From: the human T2T-CHM13v2.0 reference genome, Homo sapiens
NCBI RefSeq assembly: GCF_009914755.1
Contig: NC_060940.1
DNA: 64,000 nt
Reading direction: 5' to 3' (one strand)
The position numbers were made by a program, and so were the translations under genes. Below, in pieces: positions 46,801 through 63,344 of this stretch. Below the pieces are notes generated by a model. It was given only the letters and a program-made list of their open reading frames with translations, searched no databases and had not been told where the DNA came from. Numbering within the stretch: position 1 is the stretch's first letter; every line of letters starts with the position of its first letter.

Positions 46801-48679
46801 TCCCTAAAGTACCCTGCACTTACTGTGCACTCAATGCTGTTTTGATGGTCACTCAGTCTGCCTGTTAGACAGGCACACTTGCCCTAAGCAAGACCTGTGT
46901 GACATACTTGTATTAGCCACTCAAGGCCCACCATGGCACCTGTCTCCTAGGAGTGACAGCAGGGAATGACCACAGTGGAGCACCTGGCCTCTCCAACTGT
47001 TCACTTGGTCCCAGGCCCTGTGCTTACACTTCACAAACATCTCAGAGACCCTAATATTATTCCCATTTTACAGCTGAGGATAAATGACTTGTCCAAGGTC
47101 ACAAAACCAGTTAAGTGGCTGCGCTGGGATCAGTCCATCAGTAAGGTCTTCTCTAACTGTCTAGACATTGTCTCTGCCCATCCACTGCGGTCACCTTCTA
47201 GCCTCACCTTCTTCTGTTCTCATTAAGGTCTCCTATGACCTCTGAATGGCAAAACCAAATGGAAGGCTGACTTTATCAATCTCTTGGCCACATTTGGCAC
47301 TCACTACCTCATTTATTTTCAGGCTCTCCTTTGGAGCTACCCACATTTCAGGGAATGCCTTTGGCCTTTTTGGCAGGACCATCATTTTCCCCCAAGTCCT
47401 GTGATCAACTGAAGTGCTTCCTGGGGGAGGGTCCCATCTTCAGCCTCTAGTCTTCTGATTCCATGGTTATCTCTTGGGGACCGTGGACACACCGCTATCT
47501 CAATTTCCCAAGCTCAGAACTGTCACACCTGAGCACCAAAAATAGCCTTCATATCTCCACTCAGATGGCTCACAGATCCCTCAATTTCATCTTCTCACTT
47601 CTACAACGTGTTCCTTCTCCTACATGCCACCATCATTTCATTTTGCCACCTACACAGTTGCCTAAGCCAAGATGAGGACATCGACCTTGACTTATTCTTC
47701 CCCCAGCCTTCTTGCCCAACGCTCAAGTCCTATCAAATCCCCTTCCTAAAATTCTCCTACAATACTCCCAGCCAATGCTTGAGGTCAAGCTGCCTTCACC
47801 GCCAGCCTGGATTACTATAAGAACCTGCAAACTGTTCTTTCTGCCTCCAGGGTGGCCTCCACCTTCAAATTGCAGGTATCCTGTTAAAGTACAAGTCTAA
47901 TAGTTTTACTATCCCATCCGCTGCACTCAGGACAGAGTCCTTTCTATGGTTTTTACGATCCTTCTAGAGCTAATCTCTCCTTAACTTTCCAGCCACAGTC
48001 CTAACCACCCCACAGTCTGTGCTAAACGACCTGCCACACCATCAACATTTGCATCTGCAGTTTCATGTGACATTGCGACTGGCGATTGGCCAAGTCCAGC
48101 CTGGAGTCTCTCTTCTTCCTGCATAAAATTGTCTCTTGTGAAATAATGTTGAAAGGCACAAAGAGATGTAATGGACAGAAGACAAATCAATCAGGGTAGA
48201 GAGGGATAAAAGTGTTCTGGACAACAGCCAGCACATCAAACATGGGCCCTTCACCCATGGCCTCCAACGATCTAACTCTCTGGCTGAGAAGAACAATTTC
48301 CAGGACCACTAGCTCACATGGAAGCTGAGAAGGTCACAGGACTCCTCTTGAGTGTTAATTATATTTCTTTGCAACAGGAGGAAGATGTCCTGACTGGCCC
48401 AAGTATCAGGTAGAGCTCCTATTCCAAATTAGGAAACTGGCATTCTGGTACTCATCAGCTGAAGTGGTGCTACATAATCCAGCAAGCTGTTTGCTTCTCT
48501 GTATTTTCCAAGTTTCTGAGTAAGAGAAGAGCTAAACTAGCCATGGAAAAAACCAAGACTGATGTCCAATACAGTATCAATGAGAACCCCATATGACTCA
48601 GATTATGGTCTCTAAATACAATTTTGTAATACAAAGAACCAAGTCTCCTAAGAGAAATGAAGACTCTAGGTCTGGGTCA

Positions 48680-49042
<363 letters not shown>

Positions 49043-49525
49043 CTACAGGGTTATATAAAAAAGACTTGGCAGTCAACTGAAAAAGCTTCCACTGGCCAAG
49101 AGACAATTTAAGCATCAATAAGATTAATCAACTGAAACATAACAAATACATTAAAAACCATTAGTGTGTTATAATACTAAACAAATCTTGGTTGGTTTAG
49201 TCACAAAACCTCATTAGTCATTTTTGGAGGATGTCAGTGAAACAACTCTTTATTTTGAAACCTGGTAACTATTGGAAAGAAATAAGCATTTATCTTAACC
49301 TCTCCTATACAGACTGTATCTCAGGATAACTAAGTACTTGATTACTGGAAGTTTACAGGCATAGAAGTAGTCAAGCTGGCAACTACAGAAGGAAACAGAA
49401 TTAGAATAGCACTATTTTGCAACCCCCGATGAAACGATGGCTTCAGTCAATAAATGTCAATTATTCCTTACATCCTAAAAAGAGAAACTAGGTATTATGT
49501 GCCTCCCAATAGAGGTACAAACATT

Positions 49526-49820
49526 GGCTGGGTGTAGTGGCTCACACCTGTAATCCTGACACTTTGGGAGGCTGAGGTGGGTGGATCACCTGAGGTCAGG
49601 AGTTCCAGACCAGCCTGGGCAACATGGTGAAACCCCATCTCTACTAAAAGTACCAAAAAATTAGCCAGGTGGCGGGTGCCTGTAATCCCATCTACTTGGG
49701 AGACTGAGGCAGGAGAATTACTTGAACCTGGGAGGCAGAGGTTGCAGTGAGCCGAGATGTCCAGCCTGGGTGACAGAGTGAGACTCTGTCTCAAATTAAA
49801 AAAAAAAAAAAAAAAAAGAA
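49526..49820 (+). mobile_element. Alu (S family)
   Basis: TSD GTACAAACAT. Confidence 0.93.
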
Positions 49821-50443
49821 GTACAAACATCACCTATTAAGTATTTACAAAAAAAAAAAAAAAAGAATTGAACCAAAATCTGAGCAAGCCTCTAGATCTA
49901 CTACTAATTTAAAGTGGGAACAAGGGACAGAGGAACAAGTTCAACTATATGTCAGAGATGGGATCAGTAAAATTGAGATGGATGGAAAATCTATTAATCA
50001 AGTGATCTAACTTCAATCTATATATTAAAATACTTGAGAGAGTATCAACTGAAATGTATGGATCATATTTGCATCCCAATTGAAACAAATAAATCATATT
50101 TTAAAAATTTGAGACAATCAGGGGAATTTGAATACTAAATGGATATCTGATTACATTAACAAATTACTGTTTTTAAGGAAGGAGGAATAATATTGTCATT
50201 TTTTTAAAATACTCATGACTTTTTTCAGAGATGCTGAAATATTTACAACTGAAAGGGTATGCTGTCTGGGACTTACTTCTGAATAATTTGGGAGTGGGGG
50301 TATAAATGGAACTAGTATTGAAACAAGACAGATAATTATTTTATCAATAAGAATTTATGATTGTTGTAGTTAGATGATTATTACTTAGGGGCTCATTATA
50401 TTATTGCTTCTTATTTGTATATGTTTGACAGTATCCATAATAA

Positions 50444-50740
<297 letters not shown>

Positions 50741-50814
50741 AATAAACAGTTTTAAAGAGAAAAGAGGAAAGCGAAATTCTGGAGGGTACAGGTACAAACA
50801 ATACTGAAAACAAG

Positions 50815-51475
<661 letters not shown>

Positions 51476-51953
51476 CTACAAGGTGGGGCAGAGGGCGGGA
51501 GGGTGGGTGCCTATGTTGAGCAGTGTTATAGGAAAAATGTGTAGAAAGAATGGCCTAACATGTTCATGGGGGATGATAGAGGGTCCCCTGGGAAGATGGG
51601 AAGAACCCTGTGCCCCCAGAAGCTGTTACAGGAGAGCGGACAGCAGCAGGAGTGAGGAAAGTCAAGAAGGGAAACAACCAACCGAATGTCTATTGATGAT
51701 CAATGATGTTCACCTTAGATTTAGGCAAATAAAGACCTTCGACAAGTCCCAGGCAGTCCACAAAACTCACATTAAGCTCCAACTGTGTGCCAGGCCCTGT
51801 CCCAGGCAGCCTCCCTCTATTCTCCCCTTTTTACCACAGTAAGGGTAATCGGTTGCTGGCAGATGCCTACTACCCAGCATCCTAAAGTGCTCTCCTTCCC
51901 CACCTCCACTCACATAAGTAAGGTAAACAACTTTTCTTGCAGATGTACGTTAA

Positions 51954-52284
<331 letters not shown>

Positions 52285-52689
52285 TGTACTGCAGATTTAC
52301 ATTAAAATCATAACACCTACAATTATTGTATTTTAACGGTAAGTTTTCTATTTTAAAGGTATTTATTTTCACTTTACTGGTCCAGTTTGCAAGGCAAACA
52401 ATAAATGACTTTTTCATTTGAGCTCACTTTTAACCTCACGAAGTTTCTGACGAGAAAATGTTCTCTAGTGGGTGAAACATCTGGCCATCCTCCCCCCACC
52501 CAGCTACCAATTACGAGGCTATCAGCACCTCTGCTCAAGAGTACCACTTGAGGATCAGGAATCCCCTCACATCCTGGCCACCCTTCCCTTCCCTACCACC
52601 TGGAGCGGGAGTGGTTGGCAAAGACTGGAATTAGGGACACCTCTAACTCAGTACATCTGTTGGAGCTGTGCCTCAGAAGTCAACGCCAC

Positions 52690-53047
<358 letters not shown>

Positions 53048-53728
53048 TCATTACTCTTGTGCTCAGAAACCCTGTCCCAACAGGCATCCCCCTCGCTGAG
53101 GGGGTGGGATTAATTGGCCAAATACTTGTATATGAACTTCCAGACCTGCAAGGGCCACCCTTGTTCTCCCAAACATTGCCTTCAGGAGATACTGCCCAGC
53201 CAGCAGTTCAGAGTTGGGAGAAAACCCTCGATAAACTGGCTCAGCAATTCCCCAGGAAGGCTCACCCCGCAGGCCAACGCGAAGACACGATGATCCCAAA
53301 GACCTTAGTGTCTTGGCGGGGGGAGGGGGAAGAGGTGGGGGACTTTTCCGCTTAGCTTCCCTAAGGGTTGCTACGCGACAGCTCTCGGGCTACGTCAGGG
53401 TAAAGAGGTTTGTATGGCCACACCTCGCACCGACCAACTACCCCCGAAACACCCCCTCCTCCCAAACTGCAGGGTGAGCACAGCGAGAGAAAAGGTGGCC
53501 CAAGCAGAGGCGAACAACTGCGGTTCTTAAAGCCTTGTTTGAGTTTGGGCCCGCGCCGAGCCACAGCTAGAGGTAGATCCCGCTCCTGCGCGTCCGCTAT
53601 CAGCCCCAGGATTCCCAGAGAGGCCTCTCAGGCCCTTCAAGACCCCCCCTTCCGGCTTCCCGGCCTACACCTCTGAACCCTCAGGCCCCGGACAGCCTCT
53701 ATCCCCGCCTTTCGCGGCCCCGGCTCAC

Positions 53729-53858
53729 CCTCTAGCGTCTCGCACTGCACCAGGTTGAGGTAGTCGGCCTGGCTGAGCACCCCGGCCTTCAGGCCGCGCA
53801 CCAGTCCCTCCAAGTAGCCATTGTCCACGTTAAAGTAAAGCTCCGGGAAGAACGACAT
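53729..53858 (-). CDS. ATP6V0D1: V-type proton ATPase subunit d1, coding exon 1 (130 nt)
   Basis: gccATGT start. Encodes [43 protein letters not shown]. Donor GTGAG at 53728. Confidence 0.98.
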
Positions 53859-53922
53859 GGCTGCTGCGGGAGCGGCGGGACCGGAGAACCAGGACCGGCC
53901 GGCACGAATCGCGACTCCCCAG

Positions 53923-53990
53923 GTCAGCTGACGCTGCGTCCTCAGCGGGCTGTCAAGTGCGTCAGGTGACGCGCAAGCGCCTCACGTGAC
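53923..53990. promoter_or_regulatory. Cluster of CLEAR/E-box elements (TFEB/TFE3/MITF/USF type)
   Basis: GTCAGCTGAC 53923-53932, GTCAGGTGAC 53961-53970, CTCACGTGAC 53981-53990. The CLEAR consensus GTCACGTGAC is typical of lysosomal and V-ATPase promoters. Confidence 0.8.
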
Positions 53991-54287
53991 CATAAGGGGG
54001 CGTGGCTCTGAGCGGTGCCCGGCTTCCGGGTGGCTGCGCGGAAGCGCGGTGCAGGCGTGGGCTGGCCCTGCGGCGCCTGCGCGCTAAAAAGAGGAAGTTT
54101 GAGGCCGGCCGCTTGGTGGCGCCTGTGGCCGCAGGGATTTGACTGGGCCTTCTCTAGCTTTCCCCGGTTTGCTGCACTTGACGCTGCAGGGCGGGCGGGG
54201 TAAAGAAGGGAGCGAGCCCTTCTCAAGCTTGGAAAGTTTCCAGACTGCTGGGCCAGCCTCCTCCCCAGAGGGAAACTGAGGTCCGAT

Positions 54288-55011
54288 TGAGGTAGGAGAA
54301 TAGGGTCTGGAGGCGGGGAACTTGAGGCCAATACGTGCTGAATTCTGAAGCTGAATCAAGGGAAAACACCAAGGTCTGGGGGCAGGGAACCGGAGGCCAA
54401 CTAAGGCGAGCTTACTAAAGCTAAACCAAAAAGAAAAACCCCATCTCCCCATGTCCAAGTAACAAAGGATCAAAGGCCACTGTCCCCACAACCCTCCCCC
54501 TTCCACCACGTCTCAGTTGAAAGGGAGAGTGCCTTGGATTGGCTGCGGGCCAAGCACGGGCCATCCCTTCATCTGCATAGGGCGCCAATTCACCTTAGCC
54601 CCATTTATGCCTTGTGTTCCATTATTGGAACGCTAAGCATATGGGAGTTATTTATATCCTACTGCTCAAGGTCATGGCCAAGGTCTGATTGCAAAAATTC
54701 AAAAAGATTGCAACCTCAGGCATAAATGGATTAATTAGCCATGGACCAAACCCTTCATCCAGATAAGGGGTAACGGACAGGGACCGCAAAAGGAGTACTT
54801 AAAACCCGGAAAACTTTGTAACTGAGCCCCTTCAGCCTCTTGCTCAGGCCCACTCCCACCCTGCGTAGTGCTTTCTCGCTTTAACAAATCCCAGCTGTCT
54901 GCTTCCTTCCTGTGTGTCATTCGTTTGTTACTTTCTGGGTTTTGTTCAATTCTTTGTTCGAAACGCTAAGGACCTGAACAACGCACACTCCTGGCCTTCC
55001 CTCTGGTAACA
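54288..55011 (+). mobile_element. ERV1-class solo LTR (LTR26-like), interrupted by MER85
   Basis: TG...CA termini (TGAGGTAGGAGAATAGGGTCTGG ... TGGTAACA). Near-perfect 4-bp TSD CGAT/GGAT, CCAAT boxes, ~70-bp internal duplication (54302-54441). Subfamily name recalled. Confidence 0.75.
54600..54730 (+). mobile_element. MER85 piggyBac (PGBD3-derived) MITE
   Basis: 13-bp TIRs CCCATTTATGCCT (54600-54612) and AGGCATAAATGGA (54718-54730). TTAA at 54731-54734. Internal palindrome GTTCCATTATTGGAAC at 54616-54631. Confidence 0.9.
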
Positions 55012-55355
55012 GGATGAGGGGCAGGCTTTGCGTGGAAGTAGCAGCAAGCCCTGGAGCCTAAGGCTTATTTGTTAGCCAGGAGTGATAGCCCCTGTGCCAC
55101 GCTGCGTCCTGCGTTCCCCGCACTTGCTGTACAAGATTTTCGAAAGCTGGAGTGCGGCTCTTCTCTATTTTTCCCAGGGGCACCAGGACCCCTAAAAGCG
55201 CCCGTGTATGTGCCTCCTATGATAGGGTAGCCCAGGCCCTGGGATAAGAGTATGTGTGGTTTCTTGGCTTGGTGACACTCCCACCCCCTCCATGAACCCT
55301 CCCTCCTTTGACGGCCACGTTTGAAATAACCACAGCCTTGGGGTTGGTCCCATCC

Positions 55356-55361
55356 TTTATT
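55356..55361 (-). terminator. AGRP: AGRP polyadenylation signal AATAAA
   Basis: TTTATT on the + strand about 47 nt after the stop. Confidence 0.9.
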
Positions 55362-55407
55362 CGAGTTTCCTTGCCCCTACCCTAGCCCCGACCCTGACGT
55401 TGGCCAG

Positions 55408-55590
55408 CTAGGTGCGGCTGCAGGGATTCATGGCAGTACCCAGCTTGCGGCAGTAGCAGAAGGCATTGAAGAAGCGGCAGTAGCACGTGGCACATGGGTC
55501 ACAGCAAGGCACCTGCTGTCCCAGGCAGGACTCATGCAGCCTTACGCAGCGACGTGAGGAGCGGGGCTCGCGGTCCTGCAGGTCTAGTAC
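55408..55590 (-). CDS. AGRP: AGRP last coding exon (183 nt, cystine-knot agouti domain)
   Basis: Contains the REPR convertase site, 10 Cys and the RFF melanocortin-receptor motif. Total 399 nt = 132 aa + stop. Confidence 0.98.
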   Translation of the reverse strand, partial: VLDLQDREPRSSRRCVRLHESCLGQQVPCCDPCATCYCRFFNAFCYCRKLGTAMNPCSRT

Positions 55591-55796
55591 CTGCAGGGGT
55601 GGGGAACCAGCACAGGCCTCTAAAGACAGATCCAGGGATCTTACCTGTCCCAACCTGTGCAGGATGGCAGTGGAGCATGGGAAGGGGTGGTCGGTAGTGT
55701 CGTCGCTGGTGAGGGAGTTTGGAGCTGGGGAGAGGAGCTAATACCCAATGCCCCCTCCCAAGGGCCACCACCTTACCCTTTTCCCTGAGCAGTTAC

Positions 55797-55882
55797 CTCT
55801 GCCAAGGCCTGAGCCTCCTGCAACAGATCCTCTTCTGCCTGTTCTGCAGTTGTCTTCTTCAGTGGGGCCCGCAGGCCCAGGC
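55797..55882 (-). CDS. AGRP: AGRP second coding exon (86 nt)
   Basis: Encodes GLGLRAPLKKTTAEQAEEDLLQEAQALAE; codon 67 is Ala (GCT). Donor GTAACT. Confidence 0.97.
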
Positions 55883-56040
55883 CTGGGGCAGAGGATGTGA
55901 GGGCAGGAACCCCCATGCACAAAGCACCCACCTCCCAGGGGAGGGTTTGGGAAGGGAGAAAGAGGGTTTATGCCAGGGGAGACTATTTGTGGCCAGAGGG
56001 TATTCAGGCCCCGCCCAGTCCCACCCTTGCTCACACTGAC

Positions 56041-56170
56041 CTGGGAGCTCTGGGAGCAGGGCCTGGTCAGGCCTTCTGATGCCCTCCATGGGGGCCAAGC
56101 CCATCTGGGCTCCTCGCGTGGCAGGCAGTGCCAGCAGCAGGGCACAGCTCAGCACCGCTGCGGTCAGCAT
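56041..56170 (-). CDS. AGRP: Agouti-related peptide, first coding exon (130 nt, signal peptide)
   Basis: Encodes MLTAAVLSCALLLALPATRGAQMGLAPMEGIRRPDQALLPELP. Acceptor at 56174-56175, donor GTCAGT at 56040. Confidence 0.98.
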
Positions 56171-56288
56171 GGCCTGGCTCAGCAGGAAGATGTACCACTT
56201 AGTCCCTCCTTATCCTTGGAGTCCCCTCTAGGTGCCCAGATAGAGACCCCACAGAGAGGAGGAGTCCCTGCCCAACCTGAGGACTCAC

Positions 56289-56320
56289 CTCTGCCTCCGG
56301 GATTCTTGCCTAGAGAGTTC
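56289..56320 (-). other. AGRP: AGRP short 5' non-coding exon
   Basis: Donor GAG|GTGAGT at 56288. Start inferred about 25-30 nt downstream of the TATA-like ATATAA (56343-56348). Confidence 0.7.
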
Positions 56321-56342
56321 CCGGCCACCCCGTGCCCTTGGC

Positions 56343-57190
56343 TTATATGGCAGGGCCTAATGAAGGGCCACACGTGACTGATCCCTGCAGCCAGGCCGTG
56401 AAGGACCCTTCCTGGAGGGTGGGGGCACAGTTCAGGCCCTCACTCCCTGAACCTGAGCCTTTTGTTCTACAAGAGGAGTGCCTATCTCCAATTTGGGGTG
56501 AGGTTTCCAGGAGCCGATTAAAATTTGGGAGCAAGAGAGGGTGCCCAGGGTCCACAAATTTCCACAGGACAGGGACCTAGGAGCTGAGCAGGGCTAGAAC
56601 CATTAGCAATAACAAGGCAGGCGGCCCTGAAAGCTTAATTTAATTTGTGGCCCCAGAGATGCTTACTCAACCCCTATGTGGCATGTTGTTTCCTGTGCTT
56701 CCAAGAATTCGGGTCAAGGACATTGGAGCGGGTGATGGGCCAATGGCCACTGTTGGGCAGGGGTAGGTGCAGAACCAGAACCTGGGTTTCTTTGGAGGGA
56801 AAGGGGAAGGAAAAGCCCACCTAACCAATCCTAGGCCCTCCTGACTACATTTCTGGTCCTCCCCTCCCTTTCTCCCTCCAGGTTTCTCCAAGACCGCCCA
56901 CTCCTGCTCCTGTCCCCAAACCCCTTTCTGCCTAGGGTTCCTGGAAGCCAAGGAAACAGAACGAACTGTTCCCTGGGTGGGCGAGCCACTGCAGAGTACA
57001 AAGCTTTCAGGCCGCCTGCCTCATTAGCACTAATGGCTGCTCCCTTCCGCCCTGTGTCGTCAGGACTGTCTATGCCTGGTCTCATCAGCACAAGGCTGGG
57101 GTAAGGACTGCCCTTTTGTGGAGATGGCAGGACATACAGGACCCTGCTGCCCCTGCCTTCCCTCACCCCACTGCAGAGCTGTTTATCACA
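56343..57190 (-). promoter_or_regulatory. AGRP: AGRP proximal promoter
   Basis: TATA-like 56343-56348, E-box GTCACGTG 56371-56378, TAAT cluster 56635-56646, STAT/GAS sites TTCCAAGAA 56699-56707 and TTCCTGGAA 56938-56946, forkhead TGTTTAT 57180-57186. Confidence 0.65.
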
Positions 57191-57298
57191 CACGTGTCCA
57201 TCTGGGAAAGGAATGCAGGCTGAATCAGCTTTGAGAGGATCGCAAGGCCCCAGTGCACAAACTGGGTTGGCACAAGGCAGTGGAAAAAAGATGAAGGG

Positions 57299-57880
<582 letters not shown>

Positions 57881-58267
57881 TGCTATTTAAAATGAAATGA
57901 AGCAATCCATACTCCCAACATTTATATATACTGGGACATCCAAGAAATTAAAATCACACCTCATTATGTCTTTTTCTTTGAGTCAGGGTCTCACTCTGTC
58001 ACCCAGGCTGGGCCTGGTCAGCACCCATGCTATGGAGAGCTCTTCATGGTCTGGTGTGGACAGAGTGGGAGTGGAAGATCTCCTCCCACACAGGTGCTCA
58101 GTGTCTTACCTCACCTACGGGCAGCAGCTGTCTTCACCTGAGTGTGTGCACACAGGTGTATCAGCCCCATGGGCAGTGATGGACGAGGGCTGAGGCACTC
58201 ACAGGGCAGCCCATGCCCCGGTCAGGTCCAGTGGGGGAGATATCAAGAAAACCCAGCGCCAAAATGC

Positions 58268-59324
<1,057 letters not shown>

Positions 59325-59880
59325 TTACGGTAAGGAACCAGCCTGATATTCCCAGGACAATGCTTGTTGGCAAAAGGACCTTCAGAAATATGTGGCATGT
59401 TCTGGGAGGAGGATTTGGGAAACCCTGGGGGAGGCAGAGCCTCCTAAGTGAGGGTGTGGGCCCGGAACACAGGGACTCTGTGCAGGGAGGAGAAAGGGGA
59501 GAGTGTGCATGCTCGTTCCAGAGACCACATGAGGACAGAGAGGGGTGCTCAAACCCTCTCCCTTCTCTTCTTTTTCCTCCTGCAGTGTACTCCCCTTCAA
59601 GGGCCCTGTTCCCACCTTGTCCAGGGGAGAGGGTGGGGGGTGCAGGGAAAAACTGCAAGCACCCGTGGCTCTGTCAATCAGGGTTGATTTTGAAACCCCT
59701 ACCCAGCCCATTGCCCCTGCCCCAGAGAGCACAGCCATGTGTTTCCTGTGAATCATCTGTAGGATTTCCTAAGGCAGAGGTTGCCTGGAGAGGCACGGTC
59801 TCCTCAGTCATTCAGGGAGAGGAGAAGATGGATGGGGGTTCTCTCGGGCTGGTGTATTGAGCCCTGAGCTAGAGAGGATC

Positions 59881-60028
59881 TGTGATTGTTAATTTTGTGT
59901 GTCAACTTGACTGGGCCAGGAATGCCCAGATATCTGGTTAAATATTATTTCTAGGTGTGCCTGTGAGGGTGTTTCCAGAATCATCCAATCCTTTGAGGGT
60001 TGGAATAAAACAAAAAGATAGAGAAAGT
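59881..60028 (+). mobile_element. MLT2 (ERVL) LTR 5' fragment
   Basis: TGTGATTGTTAATTTTGTGTGTCAACTTGACTGGGCCA matches the MLT2 start. Confidence 0.75.
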
Positions 60029-61751
<1,723 letters not shown>

Positions 61752-61789
61752 CTTCCCTCATCTCTGTAGCTATTTGTGTAACTTCCCCT

Positions 61790-62158
61790 ATCTGTGTAAC
61801 TACTGTTAACTGTGCAGCTGTGGGCATGTCTTTAGGAAAGCATATGTAGCTTCTCTTGTCTCTGTAGTTGCAGGTATGTTTTAGGTAAGTCTCCCCATCC
61901 CCCTCCCTGTGCAAGTTCCCACAGAGCTCACCATTTGCATGCCTGAAAAGGGGAGGAAACATTTTCCTGGGAGCCTGCTGATTATGCAAAGAACAAAGGC
62001 CTCTATCCTGGGCCTTGCTCCCTTATCTGTGCAGCTGCAGCTTGATTTTTCCCCAGGCTGCTCTATCTGTGCCTGTAGCTTTGATTTTTCAAAAGAATTT
62101 TACCAAGGACTAGCCATAGCTGTCTGCCCAACTGCTTTATTCCTTTTCTCCTCCCTCA
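61790..62158 (-). mobile_element. ERV1-type LTR fragment
   Basis: Minus strand begins TGAGGGAGGAGAAAAGGAA, as in MER4-group LTRs. The other end is not clear. Confidence 0.5.
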
Positions 62159-62846
62159 GCATCCTATAGGAGAAAGTCACCTTTGTCTCCAAATTCCCTG
62201 GTCCTGGTTTTGAAAATCCTGCTGGCACCTACTGCTGAAGGCTGTGGCTGGAGAATTCAGTGAGCTACTCTGATCTGGACAGGGTCTGATGGTCCTCACT
62301 TGACCTAAGCTGAGCTCTCCCAGGCTGTGAGCATCCCCAAGGTCAGCCTGTGACTCTCACAGAAGTTCTGACCTCCAGAGCCTTCCCCCTGCTGTGGCCT
62401 TTGGGGTAGAGTAGGTTACATGGGCCAGCACCATCTGCCAAAGTCAGGGCCAGAAACCTATCCATGGGAGCCAGATTTGGCTTTTGGCTTGGGCTAGTAT
62501 TGACTTTGGGCACATTCTCATCCCAGAAAGAATAATTTGGGGTATGGGATTTCATGTTTTCTTTAGTACAGCCTTGAAAGCCACGTGTACAGGGTGTTTT
62601 CTTGCTAAGATAGCAGTCGGGCTATATTTGAGCAGTCCAGAGAAGTTTAAACTACAGAGGCATCTGGATATTGTCACAGTCTTGTCTGAGGTCAATAGCT
62701 TGCAAGCGGTAGAGCTGAGAGTCATACTGGGGAGTCTGACCCTGTAATGACCCCCTGGTCACTATGCTCAGAAATAATGACACCTGGAGTTGTATTTTTC
62801 AGCACAGATTGACTTTGAATAATAAATACGTAAGAATATTTCTTCA

Positions 62847-62850
<4 letters not shown>

Positions 62851-62890
<40 letters not shown>
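62851..62890. repeat. (CA)20 microsatellite
   Basis: Perfect run. Confidence 0.95.
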
Positions 62891-62894
<4 letters not shown>

Positions 62895-62963
62895 TACACA
62901 ATTATGCCATTTCTCATCTTCCCTGAAGCACATGGCCCTTTGGCCTCTCTTTTATTTTCATAC

Positions 62964-63257
62964 TTTTTTTTTTTTTTGAGATGAAGTCTGGCTCTGTCGC
63001 CCAGGTGGAGTGCAGTGGCACAGTCTCAGCTCACTGCAACCCCTCCTGGGTTCAAGCAGTTCTCCTGCCTCAGCCTCCCAGGTAGCTGGGATTACAGGCG
63101 TGTGTCACCACACCCAGCTAATTTTTGTATTTTTAGTGTAGACGGGGTTTCACCACGTTGGCCAGGCTGGTCTTGAACTTCAGGTGACTTCAGGTGATCC
63201 ACCTGCCTCGGCCTCTCAAAGTGGTAGGATTACAGCCATGAGCTACCATGCCCGGCC
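62964..63257 (-). mobile_element. Alu (S family)
   Basis: Full dimer with TCATACTTTTTTTT flanks. Confidence 0.93.
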
Positions 63258-63344
63258 TGTCATACTTTTTTTCGGAAACAAAAGATTAGTTCTGTATTTC
63301 AACATTAACAATGACCACACTCTGACTCAATATTGGGGAAGTTT

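Larger units (their letters stand above)
53360..54210. promoter_or_regulatory. ATP6V0D1: CpG island promoter of ATP6V0D1 (likely bidirectional)
   Basis: CpG-dense, TATA-less, with ETS cores (CTTCCGG ~54023, CGGAAG ~54039). Boundaries approximate. Confidence 0.88.

Noticed and set aside
55639-55648. Strong-looking donor CAG|GTAAGA in the last AGRP intron
   Set aside because: It would leave a 54-nt intron, below the usual human minimum.
62343-62750. Coding-like unique sequence with short ORFs on both strands
   Set aside because: Translations match nothing I recognise, so a pseudogene call is not supported without a search.
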